A stretch of 64,000 nucleotides of DNA, taken from positions 22,168-86,167 of the forward strand of contig DATDYS010000013.1 of the NCBI GenBank assembly GCA_035288925.1, read 5' to 3'. Origin of the DNA: Candidatus Nanoarchaeia archaeon (GTDB lineage Archaea; Nanobdellota; Nanobdellia; Woesearchaeales; GW2011-AR4). The position numbers and the translations under genes were made by a program. The first letter of the stretch is position 1. Each line of letters begins with the position of its first letter. Positions 19,906 through 29,935 of this stretch are shown one piece after another. The notes below the pieces were generated by a model, which had not been told where the DNA came from, made no database searches, and saw only the letters and a list, made by a program, of their open reading frames with translations.

Positions 19906-19909
19906 AAAA

Positions 19910-20422
19910 ATGTCAGAAAAAAAACAGGTAATTTACGATTTGAGGTACAGCTACAGCGGGCCTTTCCTGGTCGAGGATTTTTATGGCTATGTTGATGGCT
20001 GGATAAAAGAGCACGGGTTTGAGAAGGAGCCGAAAAAATCCCTTGAGTACGTGACGAAAGACGGCAAGCAAATCCAGTGGATTATTGAAGTCCACAGCCA
20101 CCTGGATGATCTGCACCACGGAATCGTGTTCCTGAAAGTCCTGATGAGCAATGTGAAGGAAACCGTGATAAAAATGAACAATAAAAAAATCAGGATAAAC
20201 AGCGGCGACGTCTTTGTCAACATTGACGGGTTCATTGACGCGCACGTGCACTCCACTTTCTGGCAGGTCAAGCCGGTTTATACTTTCATGAGAACTATAG
20301 TGGACAGGTTTGCGTACCATTTCCACTCTGACAAATACGACGGGGTTGTAGCAGAGCAGTCCCACAAGCTGTTCAAGGACATCCGTGCATTCTTCAACAC
20401 GCAGAAATTCAAGTACGAGTAA
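19910..20422 (+). CDS. Hypothetical protein, paralogue 3 of 3
   Basis: YSGPFLVEDFY..WIKEHGFEKEPK..FMRTIVDRFAYH. Confidence 0.8.
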   Translation: MSEKKQVIYDLRYSYSGPFLVEDFYGYVDGWIKEHGFEKEPKKSLEYVTKDGKQIQWIIEVHSHLDDLHHGIVFLKVLMSNVKETVIKMNNKKIRINSGDVFVNIDGFIDAHVHSTFWQVKPVYTFMRTIVDRFAYHFHSDKYDGVVAEQSHKLFKDIRAFFNTQKFKYE

Positions 20423-20490
20423 AAGATTATAATTTAAGTATAGGTAGAAATAAATTTCCTAAGCAATTTTTCTTTGATAATTTTATAATT

Positions 20491-20600
20491 AATCAGGGAG
20501 GGAATGTTCTTGCCGCACTAAATGTTATTTAGTTGCCCTCCACCCACCCGATAAAATATTTGTTAATAGTGCCCGATAAAACTCAATATGCGCAAGGGGG
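20491..20600. repeat. Structured repeat family B, copy 1 (intergenic)
   Basis: AATCAGGGAGGGAAT-N8-CGCAC-N16-GCCCTCCACCCACCC-N13-TTAATAGTGCC. Confidence 0.85.
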
Positions 20601-20743
20601 TGGGGAACGGATGTTAAACAGAAAAAGTAGGAATCTGGTATTTCCCCTGAAGAATTTTAAAGTTTTGATTGAAAAGTAAATTATAAATTTTTTCACAACA
20701 TTTAAATAAGGTTTTCCAATTCAAAATAGATGACTAGGCAAAT

Positions 20744-20890
20744 GCGGGGGTTATTCTTAAGCGCACGCTTTTGAATCCTTAGAGCAAAGCCTGGTCAAAT
20801 GCGCAGGACTTAAGGAGGCACCCATCTGTAAATGGGATTATGATATCCTGTCTCTTAGTGAGTACGAGGGTTCGAATCCCTTCCCCCGCA
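20744..20890 (+). tRNA. tRNA-Leu(TAA) with two introns (8/9 and 37/38)
   Basis: Acceptor GCGGGGG/CCCCCGC+A, long variable arm, anticodon 20811-20813; intron 20752-20782 has a full hBHBh' (GC/GC, GGGG/CCTT, ATTC/GAAT); intron 20815-20844 is canonical. Confidence 0.9.
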
Positions 20891-20941
20891 TTTTTTCTTT
20901 TCACAAACTTTTAAAAATGAGACTAATTATCAAATTACAGC

Positions 20942-21026
20942 GCCTCTGTAGCATAGTAGCCATTGCGTTGCCTTGGTATTTCAAACAAACAGGCAAAGGT
21001 CGTGGGTGCAATTCCCATCAGAGGCT
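20942..21026 (+). tRNA. tRNA-Thr(GGT) with 12-nt canonical intron
   Basis: Acceptor GCCTCTG/CAGAGGC, anticodon stem TTGCC/GGCAA, GGT 20975-20977, intron 20979-20990. Confidence 0.88.
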
Positions 21027-21082
21027 TATTATATTTCTCTCGATTAGAAAACTTTTTATATAACTGATGGAATGGCATTTCG

Positions 21083-21559
21083 ATGGCGAAAGTCAGGAAA
21101 GTGATGTTGACAGACGTGCCGACATTAAAAAAAGAGGACAAAGTGGAAGAAGCAGCGCGGCTTCTGACCAAGACGGACAATGGCTGCCTGATAATAGTGG
21201 AGAATGACGTGCCAATCGGAATTCTTACGGAGCTGGATATTGTCAGGCACATCAAGTCAAAGAACATCATGAAGCAGCCAGTCAGCAGCATAATGTCTTC
21301 ACCAGTGAGATTCATGACTCCCGACATGAAACTGGACGAAGCGCTCAAGATAATCGACACGAAAAGATTTAGAAAATATCCGGTAATAGAGAACAACAGA
21401 TTAGTTGGATTGGTTACAAAAAATGACGTGATACTTGCAATCAGCGACAATATGAAGCTCCACAGGGCAATACAAAATATAGTGCTGATTCTCTTCGTGC
21501 TTTTCGAGCTCTTCGTTTTCATTCTTTACGAGCCGCTGAAACAGTATCTTGGAGGATAG
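21083..21559 (+). CDS. CBS-pair protein with C-terminal TM helix
   Basis: GILTELDIV, SIMSSPV, YPVIENNRLVGLVTKNDV; hydrophobic tail. Confidence 0.85.
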   Translation: MAKVRKVMLTDVPTLKKEDKVEEAARLLTKTDNGCLIIVENDVPIGILTELDIVRHIKSKNIMKQPVSSIMSSPVRFMTPDMKLDEALKIIDTKRFRKYPVIENNRLVGLVTKNDVILAISDNMKLHRAIQNIVLILFVLFELFVFILYEPLKQYLGG

Positions 21560-21560
21560 C

Positions 21561-22028
21561 ATGATAAGGGCAAAAAACATGATGAGCAGGGAAGTGATAG
21601 CGGTATCGCAAAATTCGAGCATAATGGATGCAGCCCAGCTGTCGCTGTCAAAGTCAGTAAGCAGCCTCGTTGTAATGGAAAAGGAAAAGATAGTTGCTGT
21701 TCTTAGCGAAAGGGATATAATTGCAGGAGTATTATTAAAAAAATCGAAAGTGAAAGATGTGATGAACAAAAACTTCACAACTATAGGCCCAAATACTTCC
21801 TTCAATGCGGTGAGCAGGCTTCTCAGGCAAAAGCAAACAATCAGATTTCCTGTCGTGGAAAATGACAAGGTAATAGGCATAGTGACAGAGACTGACATTG
21901 TGCAGGCCACGAGGGACTTCACGAGACTTCACCAGGTCGTGCAGGATGTCATCCTGACGATTTTTGGGGTCGCAACGGCATTCTTTCTCTTTTATTTCAG
22001 CCCCCTCAGGGTATGGATTTTCGGATAG
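21561..22028 (+). CDS. CBS-pair protein with C-terminal TM helix (paralogue)
   Basis: SD GGAGG before ATG 21561; VLSERDII, FPVVENDKVIGIVTETDIV; hydrophobic tail. Confidence 0.85.
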   Translation: MIRAKNMMSREVIAVSQNSSIMDAAQLSLSKSVSSLVVMEKEKIVAVLSERDIIAGVLLKKSKVKDVMNKNFTTIGPNTSFNAVSRLLRQKQTIRFPVVENDKVIGIVTETDIVQATRDFTRLHQVVQDVILTIFGVATAFFLFYFSPLRVWIFG

Positions 22029-22077
22029 CTTTTGATTAGAAAAATATAAATACAGCGCGCCATGAGCAGAAGTTAAG

Positions 22078-22201
22078 GGGCCTGTGGTCTAGCGGTATGA
22101 CGTCACCTCGACAAACGGCAAAGTCCGTTTACACCTTGTGGGACATAAAGTCCCGAGTATCGAAACGGTGAAGGCCACCAGTTCGAATCTGGTCAGGCCC
22201 A
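22078..22201 (+). tRNA. tRNA-Val (GAC by BHB geometry) with 52-nt canonical intron
   Basis: Acceptor GGGCCTG/CAGGCCC+A, anticodon stem TCACC/GGTGA, central helix TCGA/TCGA, intron 22114-22165. Confidence 0.85.
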
Positions 22202-22283
22202 TTATTATTTAACCGTGCCATCGCAGATGGCACTTGTTTCCGCACTCAACTGACGGAACAGTTGATTAGGTCAGGCCCATTAT
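22191..22283 (+). repeat. 15-bp direct repeat of the tRNA-Val 3' end (att-like) flanking 63 bp
   Basis: GGTCAGGCCCATTAT at 22191-22205 and 22269-22283. Confidence 0.8.
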
Positions 22284-22307
22284 CATCCTTAATCATAAAA
22301 AAAGAGT

Positions 22308-23399
22308 GTGAGAATCATCAAGTCAAAACTTTATCCCAGGCTGTTCTTTTTGGGCTTGCTTGCTGCAATCCTGATTCTGGGATTTTATATAACCAGGCCG
22401 TTTCTGCCGGCGCTGCTTACCGGAGCAACAATTACATATCTTTGCTATCCTTTTTACTGCAAGTCGCTTAATTATATCAAAAACAAAAATGCAGCTGCAT
22501 TTGCAGTTTCAATCATCATAGTCCTTCTTTTTACAGTGCCTTTTATTATAATACTCGGCCTGGTGTCACAGGAGGCCTACTACACATACACCACGCTTAG
22601 CCAGCACAACCTTGGAACAAATTTCATGAAAATAGCCTGCAGGGATGAGGGCTGGCTGTCATGCAAGGGCATGCGCACTGTCGTCAGCCTTCTTCCGGAG
22701 CAAAATCTGGATTACTATCTCCAGGTTTCAATAGAAAAGATAACAAAATTCATTGTAGAAAATTTTTCAGCATTCATTGTTTCGCTTCCCTCAATAATGC
22801 TCAATTTCTTCATCATGATTTTCGTTGTTTACTACTTGCTTAAAGACGGCAACAAAGTGGCGGAACGGATAAAAAACCTTCTCCCGCTGAAAGAGCCGCA
22901 CAAGCAGAAAGTTTTGGCAAGATTCCACGATTTGACATTCGGCTCATTTTACGGAAGCATCCTGATGGCGGTCCTGCAGGGCGTTTTGGGCGGAATAGGG
23001 TTTCTCGTGCTCGGAGTGCCATCGGCATTATTATGGGGGTTTGTAATGATTCTTTTCGCGCTGGTTCCGTATTTTGGAACCGCGGTTGTCTGGCTTCCGG
23101 CTGCTCTCGACCTGATATTCCAAGGATACCTGCAAAATGACACATCTTTCACAGTGAGGGGGGTTGTGCTGATAATTTACGGGCTCCTTGTGGTAAGCAC
23201 CATAGACAATTTTTTGAAGCCGAAGCTGATTGGCTCAAAAACAAAAGTTCACCCAATAGTGGTTTTGCTTGGAGTTTTGGGCGGCCTGAAATTGTTCGGG
23301 TTTATAGGCATTATCCTGGGTCCGGTTATGCTGGCACTGCTCATGACGTTTGTTGAAATTTACGAAACGGAAAAAGGCGAAGTGGAAAAATATTTTTGA
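22308..23399 (+). CDS. AI-2E family transporter (PerM-like)
   Basis: Multi-TM, YYLLKDG, LVPYFG, DNFLKPKLIG, GGLKLFGFIGIILGP. Confidence 0.9.
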   Translation: MRIIKSKLYPRLFFLGLLAAILILGFYITRPFLPALLTGATITYLCYPFYCKSLNYIKNKNAAAFAVSIIIVLLFTVPFIIILGLVSQEAYYTYTTLSQHNLGTNFMKIACRDEGWLSCKGMRTVVSLLPEQNLDYYLQVSIEKITKFIVENFSAFIVSLPSIMLNFFIMIFVVYYLLKDGNKVAERIKNLLPLKEPHKQKVLARFHDLTFGSFYGSILMAVLQGVLGGIGFLVLGVPSALLWGFVMILFALVPYFGTAVVWLPAALDLIFQGYLQNDTSFTVRGVVLIIYGLLVVSTIDNFLKPKLIGSKTKVHPIVVLLGVLGGLKLFGFIGIILGPVMLALLMTFVEIYETEKGEVEKYF

Positions 23400-23458
23400 T
23401 GCTTTAGCCTGCCCTTTATCTAAAATTTTAAATACTAATAACAAAGCAGTCCAATAAA

Positions 23459-24943
23459 ATGAAGCTCAAAATAAAAGACATTGACATTTCCAGCGGCGGG
23501 CCGCTGATTGCGGTAATGAACAAGTCAGACGCCGCGCTGCTTGACCTGCACCTGATGGACAGGATTAAGGTAAAAAAAGAAAAAAAAATTGAGACGGTTG
23601 TCCTGGACATTTCAGAGGGAAATAAAATCATCCCGGAAGGAAGGATAGGGGTGTTTGAAGAGGTAATTAATTCTCTTAAGCTAAAAAACAACGATGAAGT
23701 CACGATAATTCCCGCAAGAAAGCCGCTGTCCCTGGACTTCATAAAAAAAAAGCTCGACGGGCAGGAGCTCTCAAAAAAAGAAATAAACCAGATTGTCTGG
23801 GACATTGTGCACAACAAATTAAGCGCAGTTGAATTGACTTATTTTGTCGCGGCATGCTACATGCATGTCATGAGCACAAGGGAAACAATACTCCTTACAG
23901 AGGCGATGGTCGCGCACGGCGATACGCTGAAGCTAAATAAATATCCCGTGATAGACAAGCACTGCATCGGCGGAATTCCCGGCAACAGGACAACCCTTAT
24001 TGTAGTTCCGATAATTGCAGCTTCCGGCTATACAATTCCAAAAACAAGCTCACGTTCAATTACTTCACCCGCAGGAACTGCAGATACAATGGAAGTTCTC
24101 GCAAACGTAACCTTTCCGATAAAAAAAATGAAGGAAATAGTCCTGAAAACAAATGCCTGCATCGTATGGGGCGGCTCTTTAAATTTGGCGCCTGCGGATG
24201 ACAAGATAATCGCGGTTGAAAGGCCTTTGGAAATTGATGCGGAATCGCAATTGCTCGCATCCATCATGGCAAAAAAGCATTCTGTTTCAAGCACACACAT
24301 TTTGATTGACATTCCGAGCGGAAAGGACGCGAAAGTAAAAAGCAGGCGCGCAGCGCTTAAGCTGAAAAAAGAGTTCGAGAGCATCGGCAAAAGGTTGAAG
24401 AAGCACATTAAAGTAATTGTTTCAGACGGCAACCAGCCGGTTGGAAACGGAATCGGGCCTGCGCTTGAAGCCCGCGATATCTTATGGCTTTTGAAGCGGG
24501 ACCCTCGAAGGCCTCTTGATTTAGAGAAAAAGTGCCTGATGATGTGCTCCGAGATTTTTAGGATGATTGGAGTTAAAGATGGCTACAGGAAATCACTTGA
24601 GATTCTTGATTCAGGAAAAGCTTATTCGAAAATGATTGAAATAATAAAGGCCCAGGGTGGCAAGGAAATTGCAGCAGAAGACATTCCGATTGGAAAGTAT
24701 TCTCAGGATATTGTTTCGAAAAAATCATGCAGCGTAAGGGACATTGACAATTTGGTGATTTCCCGCATCGCAAGAATTGCAGGCGCCCCAAAAGACAAGG
24801 GTGCAGGAGTTTATTTGTACAAGCACAACGGCGACAAAGTAAAGCGGGGAGAAAAATTGTTTACAATTTATTCTGAATCTGAACACGAGTTCAAGTTTGC
24901 GGTTGAGTATACGAAAAAGAACAATGGATTTTTAGTGAAATAG
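23459..24943 (+). CDS. deoA: AMP phosphorylase (archaeal thymidine phosphorylase family)
   Basis: DKHCIGGIPGNRTT, PKTSSRSITSPAGTADTMEVL, NLAPADD, GIGPALEARD. Confidence 0.92.
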   Translation: MKLKIKDIDISSGGPLIAVMNKSDAALLDLHLMDRIKVKKEKKIETVVLDISEGNKIIPEGRIGVFEEVINSLKLKNNDEVTIIPARKPLSLDFIKKKLDGQELSKKEINQIVWDIVHNKLSAVELTYFVAACYMHVMSTRETILLTEAMVAHGDTLKLNKYPVIDKHCIGGIPGNRTTLIVVPIIAASGYTIPKTSSRSITSPAGTADTMEVLANVTFPIKKMKEIVLKTNACIVWGGSLNLAPADDKIIAVERPLEIDAESQLLASIMAKKHSVSSTHILIDIPSGKDAKVKSRRAALKLKKEFESIGKRLKKHIKVIVSDGNQPVGNGIGPALEARDILWLLKRDPRRPLDLEKKCLMMCSEIFRMIGVKDGYRKSLEILDSGKAYSKMIEIIKAQGGKEIAAEDIPIGKYSQDIVSKKSCSVRDIDNLVISRIARIAGAPKDKGAGVYLYKHNGDKVKRGEKLFTIYSESEHEFKFAVEYTKKNNGFLVK

Positions 24944-25041
24944 GAATTTATAATCTCATATAGCTAAATGATTTTTGAATTGCAAAACTTTGCAGCCACC
25001 GAAACTCGTTTTATTATTCTGAATTTACGTATAAAACATCA

Positions 25042-25055
25042 GAAAGCTTTATAAA
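25042..25055 (+). promoter_or_regulatory. BRE/TATA promoter of tuf-rpsJ
   Basis: GAAAGCTTTATAAA upstream of tuf; SD GGAGG near 25121. Confidence 0.6.
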
Positions 25056-25136
25056 TCCTCTAACTTTCCCAAACAAGCTAAAAAATAGTTGTAAAACTAT
25101 AATAATTGATAATCAAAACTTGGAGGGTATTTTAAA

Positions 25137-26423
25137 ATGGCTAAAGGAAAACCGCACATGAATATTGTATTTATCGGTCACGTTGACCACGGCAAATCAA
25201 CGACAGTCGGAAGATTATTGTACGACACGGGAAACATCGACGAGCAGGCAATGAGGAAGCTCAAGGACACTGCCAAGGAATTAGGAAAAGTCGGCTTCGA
25301 ATTCGCGTTCGTCATGGACAATCTAAAAGAAGAAAGAGAGCGTGGAGTTACAATCGACCTTTCACATAAAAGATTCGAATCGGCAAAATATTATTTTACA
25401 ATTATCGACGCACCTGGGCACAAGGATTTCATCAAGAACATGATTACGGGCGCAGCGCAGGCTGATGCCGGAATTCTGGTTGTTTCTGCAAACCCGGGCG
25501 ACGGAGTGCAGGCGCAGACCAAGGAGCACATTTTCTTATCAAGAACTTTGGGAGTCAACCAGCTGGTTGTTTATGTCAACAAGATGGACATGGCAAAGTA
25601 TGATGAAAGGAGATTCAACGAAGTCAAGGAAGAAGTTTCAAAGCAATTAAAAATGGTCGGCTACAAAGTTGAGGACGTTCCGTTCGTTGCAGGGGCTTCA
25701 TTCCCGGGCGACAACGTTGCCAAGAAATCAGACAAGATGCCTTGGTACAAAGGGCACACTTTGCTTGAGACACTTGATAATTTAAAAGAGCCTCAGAAGC
25801 CGACACAATTGCCATTGAGGCTTCCGATTCAGGATGTGTATAATATCACAGGAATTGGGGTTGTCCCGGTCGGCAAAGTTGTGACTGGCGTAATGAAAAT
25901 CAATGACAAAGTTATAGTTGTTCCTGCCAGGGAAGGAAAAGGAATTGTTGGTGAAGTCAAGACGATAGAGATGCACCACGAGCAGATGACAGAAGCTGAG
26001 CCGGGAGACAACATCGGATTCAACGTCAGGGGCATTGAAAAGAAAGACATTGCAAGAGGCGATGTTTTGGGGCACGTTAGCCACCCGCCAAGCGTTGCAA
26101 CTGAATTCACAGCGCAGATGATTGTTTTGAACCACCCAACTGTCATAACTGTCGGATACACTCCGGTGTTTCACGTTCATACAGCGCAGGTCGCATGCCA
26201 AATCACAGAGATTGTGAAGAAGCTTGACCCTGCAACGGGCGCAACAAAGGAAGAGAAGCCTGACTTCATCAAGAATGGAGACGCAGCAATCGTTAAAATC
26301 AAGCCTATACAGCCTTTGTGCATTGAAAAGCAGGCTGAGATACCGCAGATGGCAAGATTTGCCGTCAGAGATTCGGGTGTCACAGTAGCAGCAGGAATGT
26401 GCATTGACTTAGTGAAGAAGTAA
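25137..26423 (+). CDS. tuf: Elongation factor 1-alpha
   Basis: [30 protein letters not shown]. Confidence 0.98.
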   Translation: MAKGKPHMNIVFIGHVDHGKSTTVGRLLYDTGNIDEQAMRKLKDTAKELGKVGFEFAFVMDNLKEERERGVTIDLSHKRFESAKYYFTIIDAPGHKDFIKNMITGAAQADAGILVVSANPGDGVQAQTKEHIFLSRTLGVNQLVVYVNKMDMAKYDERRFNEVKEEVSKQLKMVGYKVEDVPFVAGASFPGDNVAKKSDKMPWYKGHTLLETLDNLKEPQKPTQLPLRLPIQDVYNITGIGVVPVGKVVTGVMKINDKVIVVPAREGKGIVGEVKTIEMHHEQMTEAEPGDNIGFNVRGIEKKDIARGDVLGHVSHPPSVATEFTAQMIVLNHPTVITVGYTPVFHVHTAQVACQITEIVKKLDPATGATKEEKPDFIKNGDAAIVKIKPIQPLCIEKQAEIPQMARFAVRDSGVTVAAGMCIDLVKK

Positions 26424-26513
26424 TTTTATTTTTTCATTTTCCCCGATTTGGGGTCATGATAAACTGACAATTATCATGAAGCACTAAGTTGCTGAAAAAT
26501 CAATACCTAAAAA

Positions 26514-26822
26514 ATGCAAAAAGCAAGAATCAAACTGGCAAGCATTGATATCAACAAGATCAATGAAGTATGCAGCTACATTAAAGATATTTCTGACAAG
26601 ACGGGCGTTGACATGAGAGGCCCGATTCCTTTACCGACAAAAAGATTAAAGGTTACGACAAGAAAATCCCCAGATGGCGAAGGAACAGCAACTTGGGAAA
26701 GATACGAGATGCGGGTTCACAAAAGGTTGATTGATTTAGGCCTTGATGAGCGCGCTTTAAGATTGGTGATGAGAGTTCCTATTCCTGAAGGATTAAATAT
26801 CGAGATTGAAATGATAGAATAG
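26514..26822 (+). CDS. rpsJ: 30S ribosomal protein S10 (uS10)
   Basis: [25 protein letters not shown]. Confidence 0.97.
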   Translation: MQKARIKLASIDINKINEVCSYIKDISDKTGVDMRGPIPLPTKRLKVTTRKSPDGEGTATWERYEMRVHKRLIDLGLDERALRLVMRVPIPEGLNIEIEMIE

Positions 26823-26845
26823 GTTTTTTCTGATTTCTTAAAATT

Positions 26846-27502
26846 TTAATCATTTATTTGCAGATTATTTATCACGCTAAGGGATCTTAATAAATCGTCC
26901 TTTTTGACTATTATTAATAATTCAGGCGCACAGCTCATTATTTCAACAATATTAACTCCTTCCGAATTCAGGCTGGATGCAACCAATGCAACAATTCCCT
27001 TGATATCCTGCGCTTCCTGTGTGAACTGCAGGTTGATTTCAACCAGTTTTTTATCAACTGAGATGACATCGTTTTTGTTGAATATATTGTAGAACTTTTC
27101 CATGTTTTTGTCATCTATGATAATTGTAATGCTTTGCTCTGCCTGGATTACCCTTATAATTTCTCCTTTTTCTATGTCCACTATTGAGTTTAACTTGCTT
27201 ATAGACTCGACGCTTCTTTTGTTTTTGCTGACCCTTAAGTCAACTATGTCGCTCCTTGTTTTTACTGCGATTTTCAGGAATAATTTTTTTAGGTTCCTGT
27301 CAGTTTCATCTTTTTCTGTTTTTTTGTATCTTCTTATTGCGCTTATCACGGCGTCCATGTTCTTGTCTTTCAAATCCAGTTTTTCTATCAAGTATCTCGC
27401 CAGTGCTCTCAGGCTCAATATATTCCTAAAAAGAGTTCTTCTTATTACGAAATCGCTGTCAAGGTATGTTTTTATCCTGTCTGATACATTATCATGTGTC
27501 AT
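26846..27502 (-). CDS. ACT-domain putative transcriptional regulator
   Basis: N-terminal SLRALARY..AVISAIRRY and C-terminal ACT (GIVALVASSLNSEGVNIVEIMSC); divergent from trpE. Confidence 0.75.
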   Translation of the reverse strand: MTHDNVSDRIKTYLDSDFVIRRTLFRNILSLRALARYLIEKLDLKDKNMDAVISAIRRYKKTEKDETDRNLKKLFLKIAVKTRSDIVDLRVSKNKRSVESISKLNSIVDIEKGEIIRVIQAEQSITIIIDDKNMEKFYNIFNKNDVISVDKKLVEINLQFTQEAQDIKGIVALVASSLNSEGVNIVEIMSCAPELLIIVKKDDLLRSLSVINNLQIND

Positions 27503-27675
27503 AAAAGACCTATATGTGTCTTTATTTATAAATTTAATGGTTTTGTGCCACAATCTTTAAGTACATGTATTTGTTTTATTTGTTTATGAAAATTAACTTA
27601 CTTAACGGATATTTGGATATTCTCTTTGATAATTTAGTCTCTGTTTCTTGGAATTAAGTGTTTTGTGGTGCAAAA

Positions 27676-29358
27676 ATGATAAACAAACAGCTATATCGTG
27701 AATTGCAGGAATCTATTAAAAATAGCTGCAATTCACGTGATAGACAATTGCGCGTAAATGAAGTAAATCAGCACAATTGTCTATATAAAAATTTGGAGAT
27801 AGGAAGTGTTGTTCCGATAGTTGAAACACTCCCTTTTGCAATAAATCCGGTAGAGTATTTTGCAAAATTATCTGATTACGGAAGAAAGAAAAATTCATTA
27901 TTATTTGAATCAGCTTCAATCGTGCCAAAATATGGCGAGAGGAGCTTGGGGACTTCTGACCCGTGCCTTAAAATAATCGGCAGAGGGGAATCTTTTGAGA
28001 TAACTGCCCTGAATAAGGCTGGAATTAAATTCCTTGATTTTCTTAAGAATGATTTTGATTTTTGCGATGAAGTTGAATATTCCAAAGATTACATTAAGGG
28101 AAAATTAAAGCCAAAAAGGGAAAATGTAAGTGAAAATGAAAGATTGAAGCTGAAAAACCATACGGATATTTTAAGGGCAATTGCATTCAAGTTTAAGCCT
28201 GCTTCAAAACCATTTATTCCTTACTGCGGGCTTTTTGGCGCGATTTCTTATGACTTCATAGATCAGTTTGAGGATTTGCCCAAAAATGAAATTGATTTAT
28301 TGGAAGATGCTGATTATGTTTTTTATTTTGTGGATAATTTGTTTATGGTTGACCACAAGGAGCAAAAAACTTATTTTGCCGCAAACGCGCTGGTCACTAA
28401 AGATTTTGAAGAAGCTTATTCTGAATGCATTTCAAAGATTCAAAATTACAAAGAGTTAGTTAATGAAAAATTTGACGCTTCCAAACTTAATGATAATCCA
28501 AATAAATCTAAAATAAAATTTGAAAGTGATACAACCAAAGAAGAGTTTATAGAGCAGGTAAATAAGATTAAAAACCATATTTTGGCCGGCGATGTTTACC
28601 AGTGTGTTATATCAAGGACTATTAGCACTGAGTTTAATGGAAACGCTTTTGATATTTATAAAAAATTGAAGGAAGTAAATCCAAGCCCTTACATGTTTTA
28701 TATCAACAATTCAGACGAAATTGTTCTTGGAGCTTCTCCTGAGATGAATTTAAGAGTCGAAGGTGACAAGGAGAAAATAGTTGAAATTCGACCAATTGCA
28801 GGAACAAAGCCAAGAGGAATAGTAAATAGTAAAATTGATTCTGATTTGGATTCAAGATATGAGATTGAATTAAAAACTGATGCAAAGGAGATTGCAGAGC
28901 ATACAATGCTTGTTGATCTAGCAAGGAATGATATCGCCAGAATTTCAAAGCCCGGAACAAGGTATGTTGACGAGCCTTATACGATTGAGAAATATTCTCA
29001 TGTGCAGCATTTGGTTTCAAATGTTTCAGGTGTCTTGAAAGATGACTTGGATGCTTTGCATGCTTACCTTGCGACGATGAACATGGGAACTTTGAGCGGG
29101 GCTCCAAAGGTCGAGGCAATGAAACTGATTAGATTGTATGAAAAGACGAAAAGAGGATTTTATGGCGGGGCAGTTGGATATCTAACGCCAAGTGGAGATA
29201 TGGATAGTGCTATTTTGATACGTTCTATTAGAATTAAAGATAAAAAAGCTTATGTCAGGGTTGGTTCCGGGATTGTACATGATAGCAATCCTGAGTCTGA
29301 GTTTGTTGAAACTGAAAGAAAGGCTAGGGCTTGTTTGAAAGCTATTGAAGGTGTTTAA
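27676..29358 (+). CDS. trpE: Anthranilate synthase component I
   Basis: LLFES, NPSPYM, GASPE, PIAGT, EHTMLVDLARND, GTLSGAPK. Confidence 0.95.
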   Translation: MINKQLYRELQESIKNSCNSRDRQLRVNEVNQHNCLYKNLEIGSVVPIVETLPFAINPVEYFAKLSDYGRKKNSLLFESASIVPKYGERSLGTSDPCLKIIGRGESFEITALNKAGIKFLDFLKNDFDFCDEVEYSKDYIKGKLKPKRENVSENERLKLKNHTDILRAIAFKFKPASKPFIPYCGLFGAISYDFIDQFEDLPKNEIDLLEDADYVFYFVDNLFMVDHKEQKTYFAANALVTKDFEEAYSECISKIQNYKELVNEKFDASKLNDNPNKSKIKFESDTTKEEFIEQVNKIKNHILAGDVYQCVISRTISTEFNGNAFDIYKKLKEVNPSPYMFYINNSDEIVLGASPEMNLRVEGDKEKIVEIRPIAGTKPRGIVNSKIDSDLDSRYEIELKTDAKEIAEHTMLVDLARNDIARISKPGTRYVDEPYTIEKYSHVQHLVSNVSGVLKDDLDALHAYLATMNMGTLSGAPKVEAMKLIRLYEKTKRGFYGGAVGYLTPSGDMDSAILIRSIRIKDKKAYVRVGSGIVHDSNPESEFVETERKARACLKAIEGV

Positions 29359-29359
29359 T

Positions 29360-29935
29360 ATGAATATCCTGATGATTGATAATTTCGACTCATTCACTTT
29401 CAATTTGGTTGATGAATTTGAAAAAAGAAATTGCAAAGTTCATGTATATAGAAATAATATTAGTCTTGAGAATTTTGAAAGAATAGTTGATGAGATAAAA
29501 CCTTCACTAATTGTTATTTCTCCCGGTCCTTCTACTCCTAAAGATGCTGGAATTTCAATTGATGTTATAAAAAAATATTCCGGTGAAATTCCAATATTTG
29601 GCGTTTGCCTTGGGCATCAGGCAATAATTGAGGCTTTTGGCGGTATTGTAGATAAAGCTCCTGAAGTGTTTCACGGAAAGCCTTCTAAAATCAGCCATGA
29701 TGGGAAAAATATCTACAAAAATCTTTCAAATTCACTGCAGGTTGCAAGGTATCATTCTTTATGCGGCTTAAAAGTTCCTGATTCGCTGGAAGTTACTTCA
29801 AAAACAAACAGTGGAATTGTGATGGGCGTTCGCCATAAGAAATTCTTTGTTGAAGGAGTGCAGTTTCATCCCGAGAGCATTCTAACTCCTGACGGCGGAT
29901 TGATGATTGAAAATTTGTTAGAGGGATTACAATGA
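29360..29935 (+). CDS. trpG: Anthranilate synthase component II
   Basis: IDNFDSFT, SPGP, GVCLGHQ, QFHPES. Confidence 0.95.
   Translation: MNILMIDNFDSFTFNLVDEFEKRNCKVHVYRNNISLENFERIVDEIKPSLIVISPGPSTPKDAGISIDVIKKYSGEIPIFGVCLGHQAIIEAFGGIVDKAPEVFHGKPSKISHDGKNIYKNLSNSLQVARYHSLCGLKVPDSLEVTSKTNSGIVMGVRHKKFFVEGVQFHPESILTPDGGLMIENLLEGLQ

Noticed and set aside
20491..20575. Family B as a CRISPR repeat, twister or HDV ribozyme, or SAM-I riboswitch
   Set aside because: Copies are dispersed rather than arrayed; only the GTGGAGGG word matches, and the other conserved core elements of those RNAs were not found
20935..21522. 195-aa minus-strand ORF
   Set aside because: Antisense shadow of the CBS gene and tRNA-Thr
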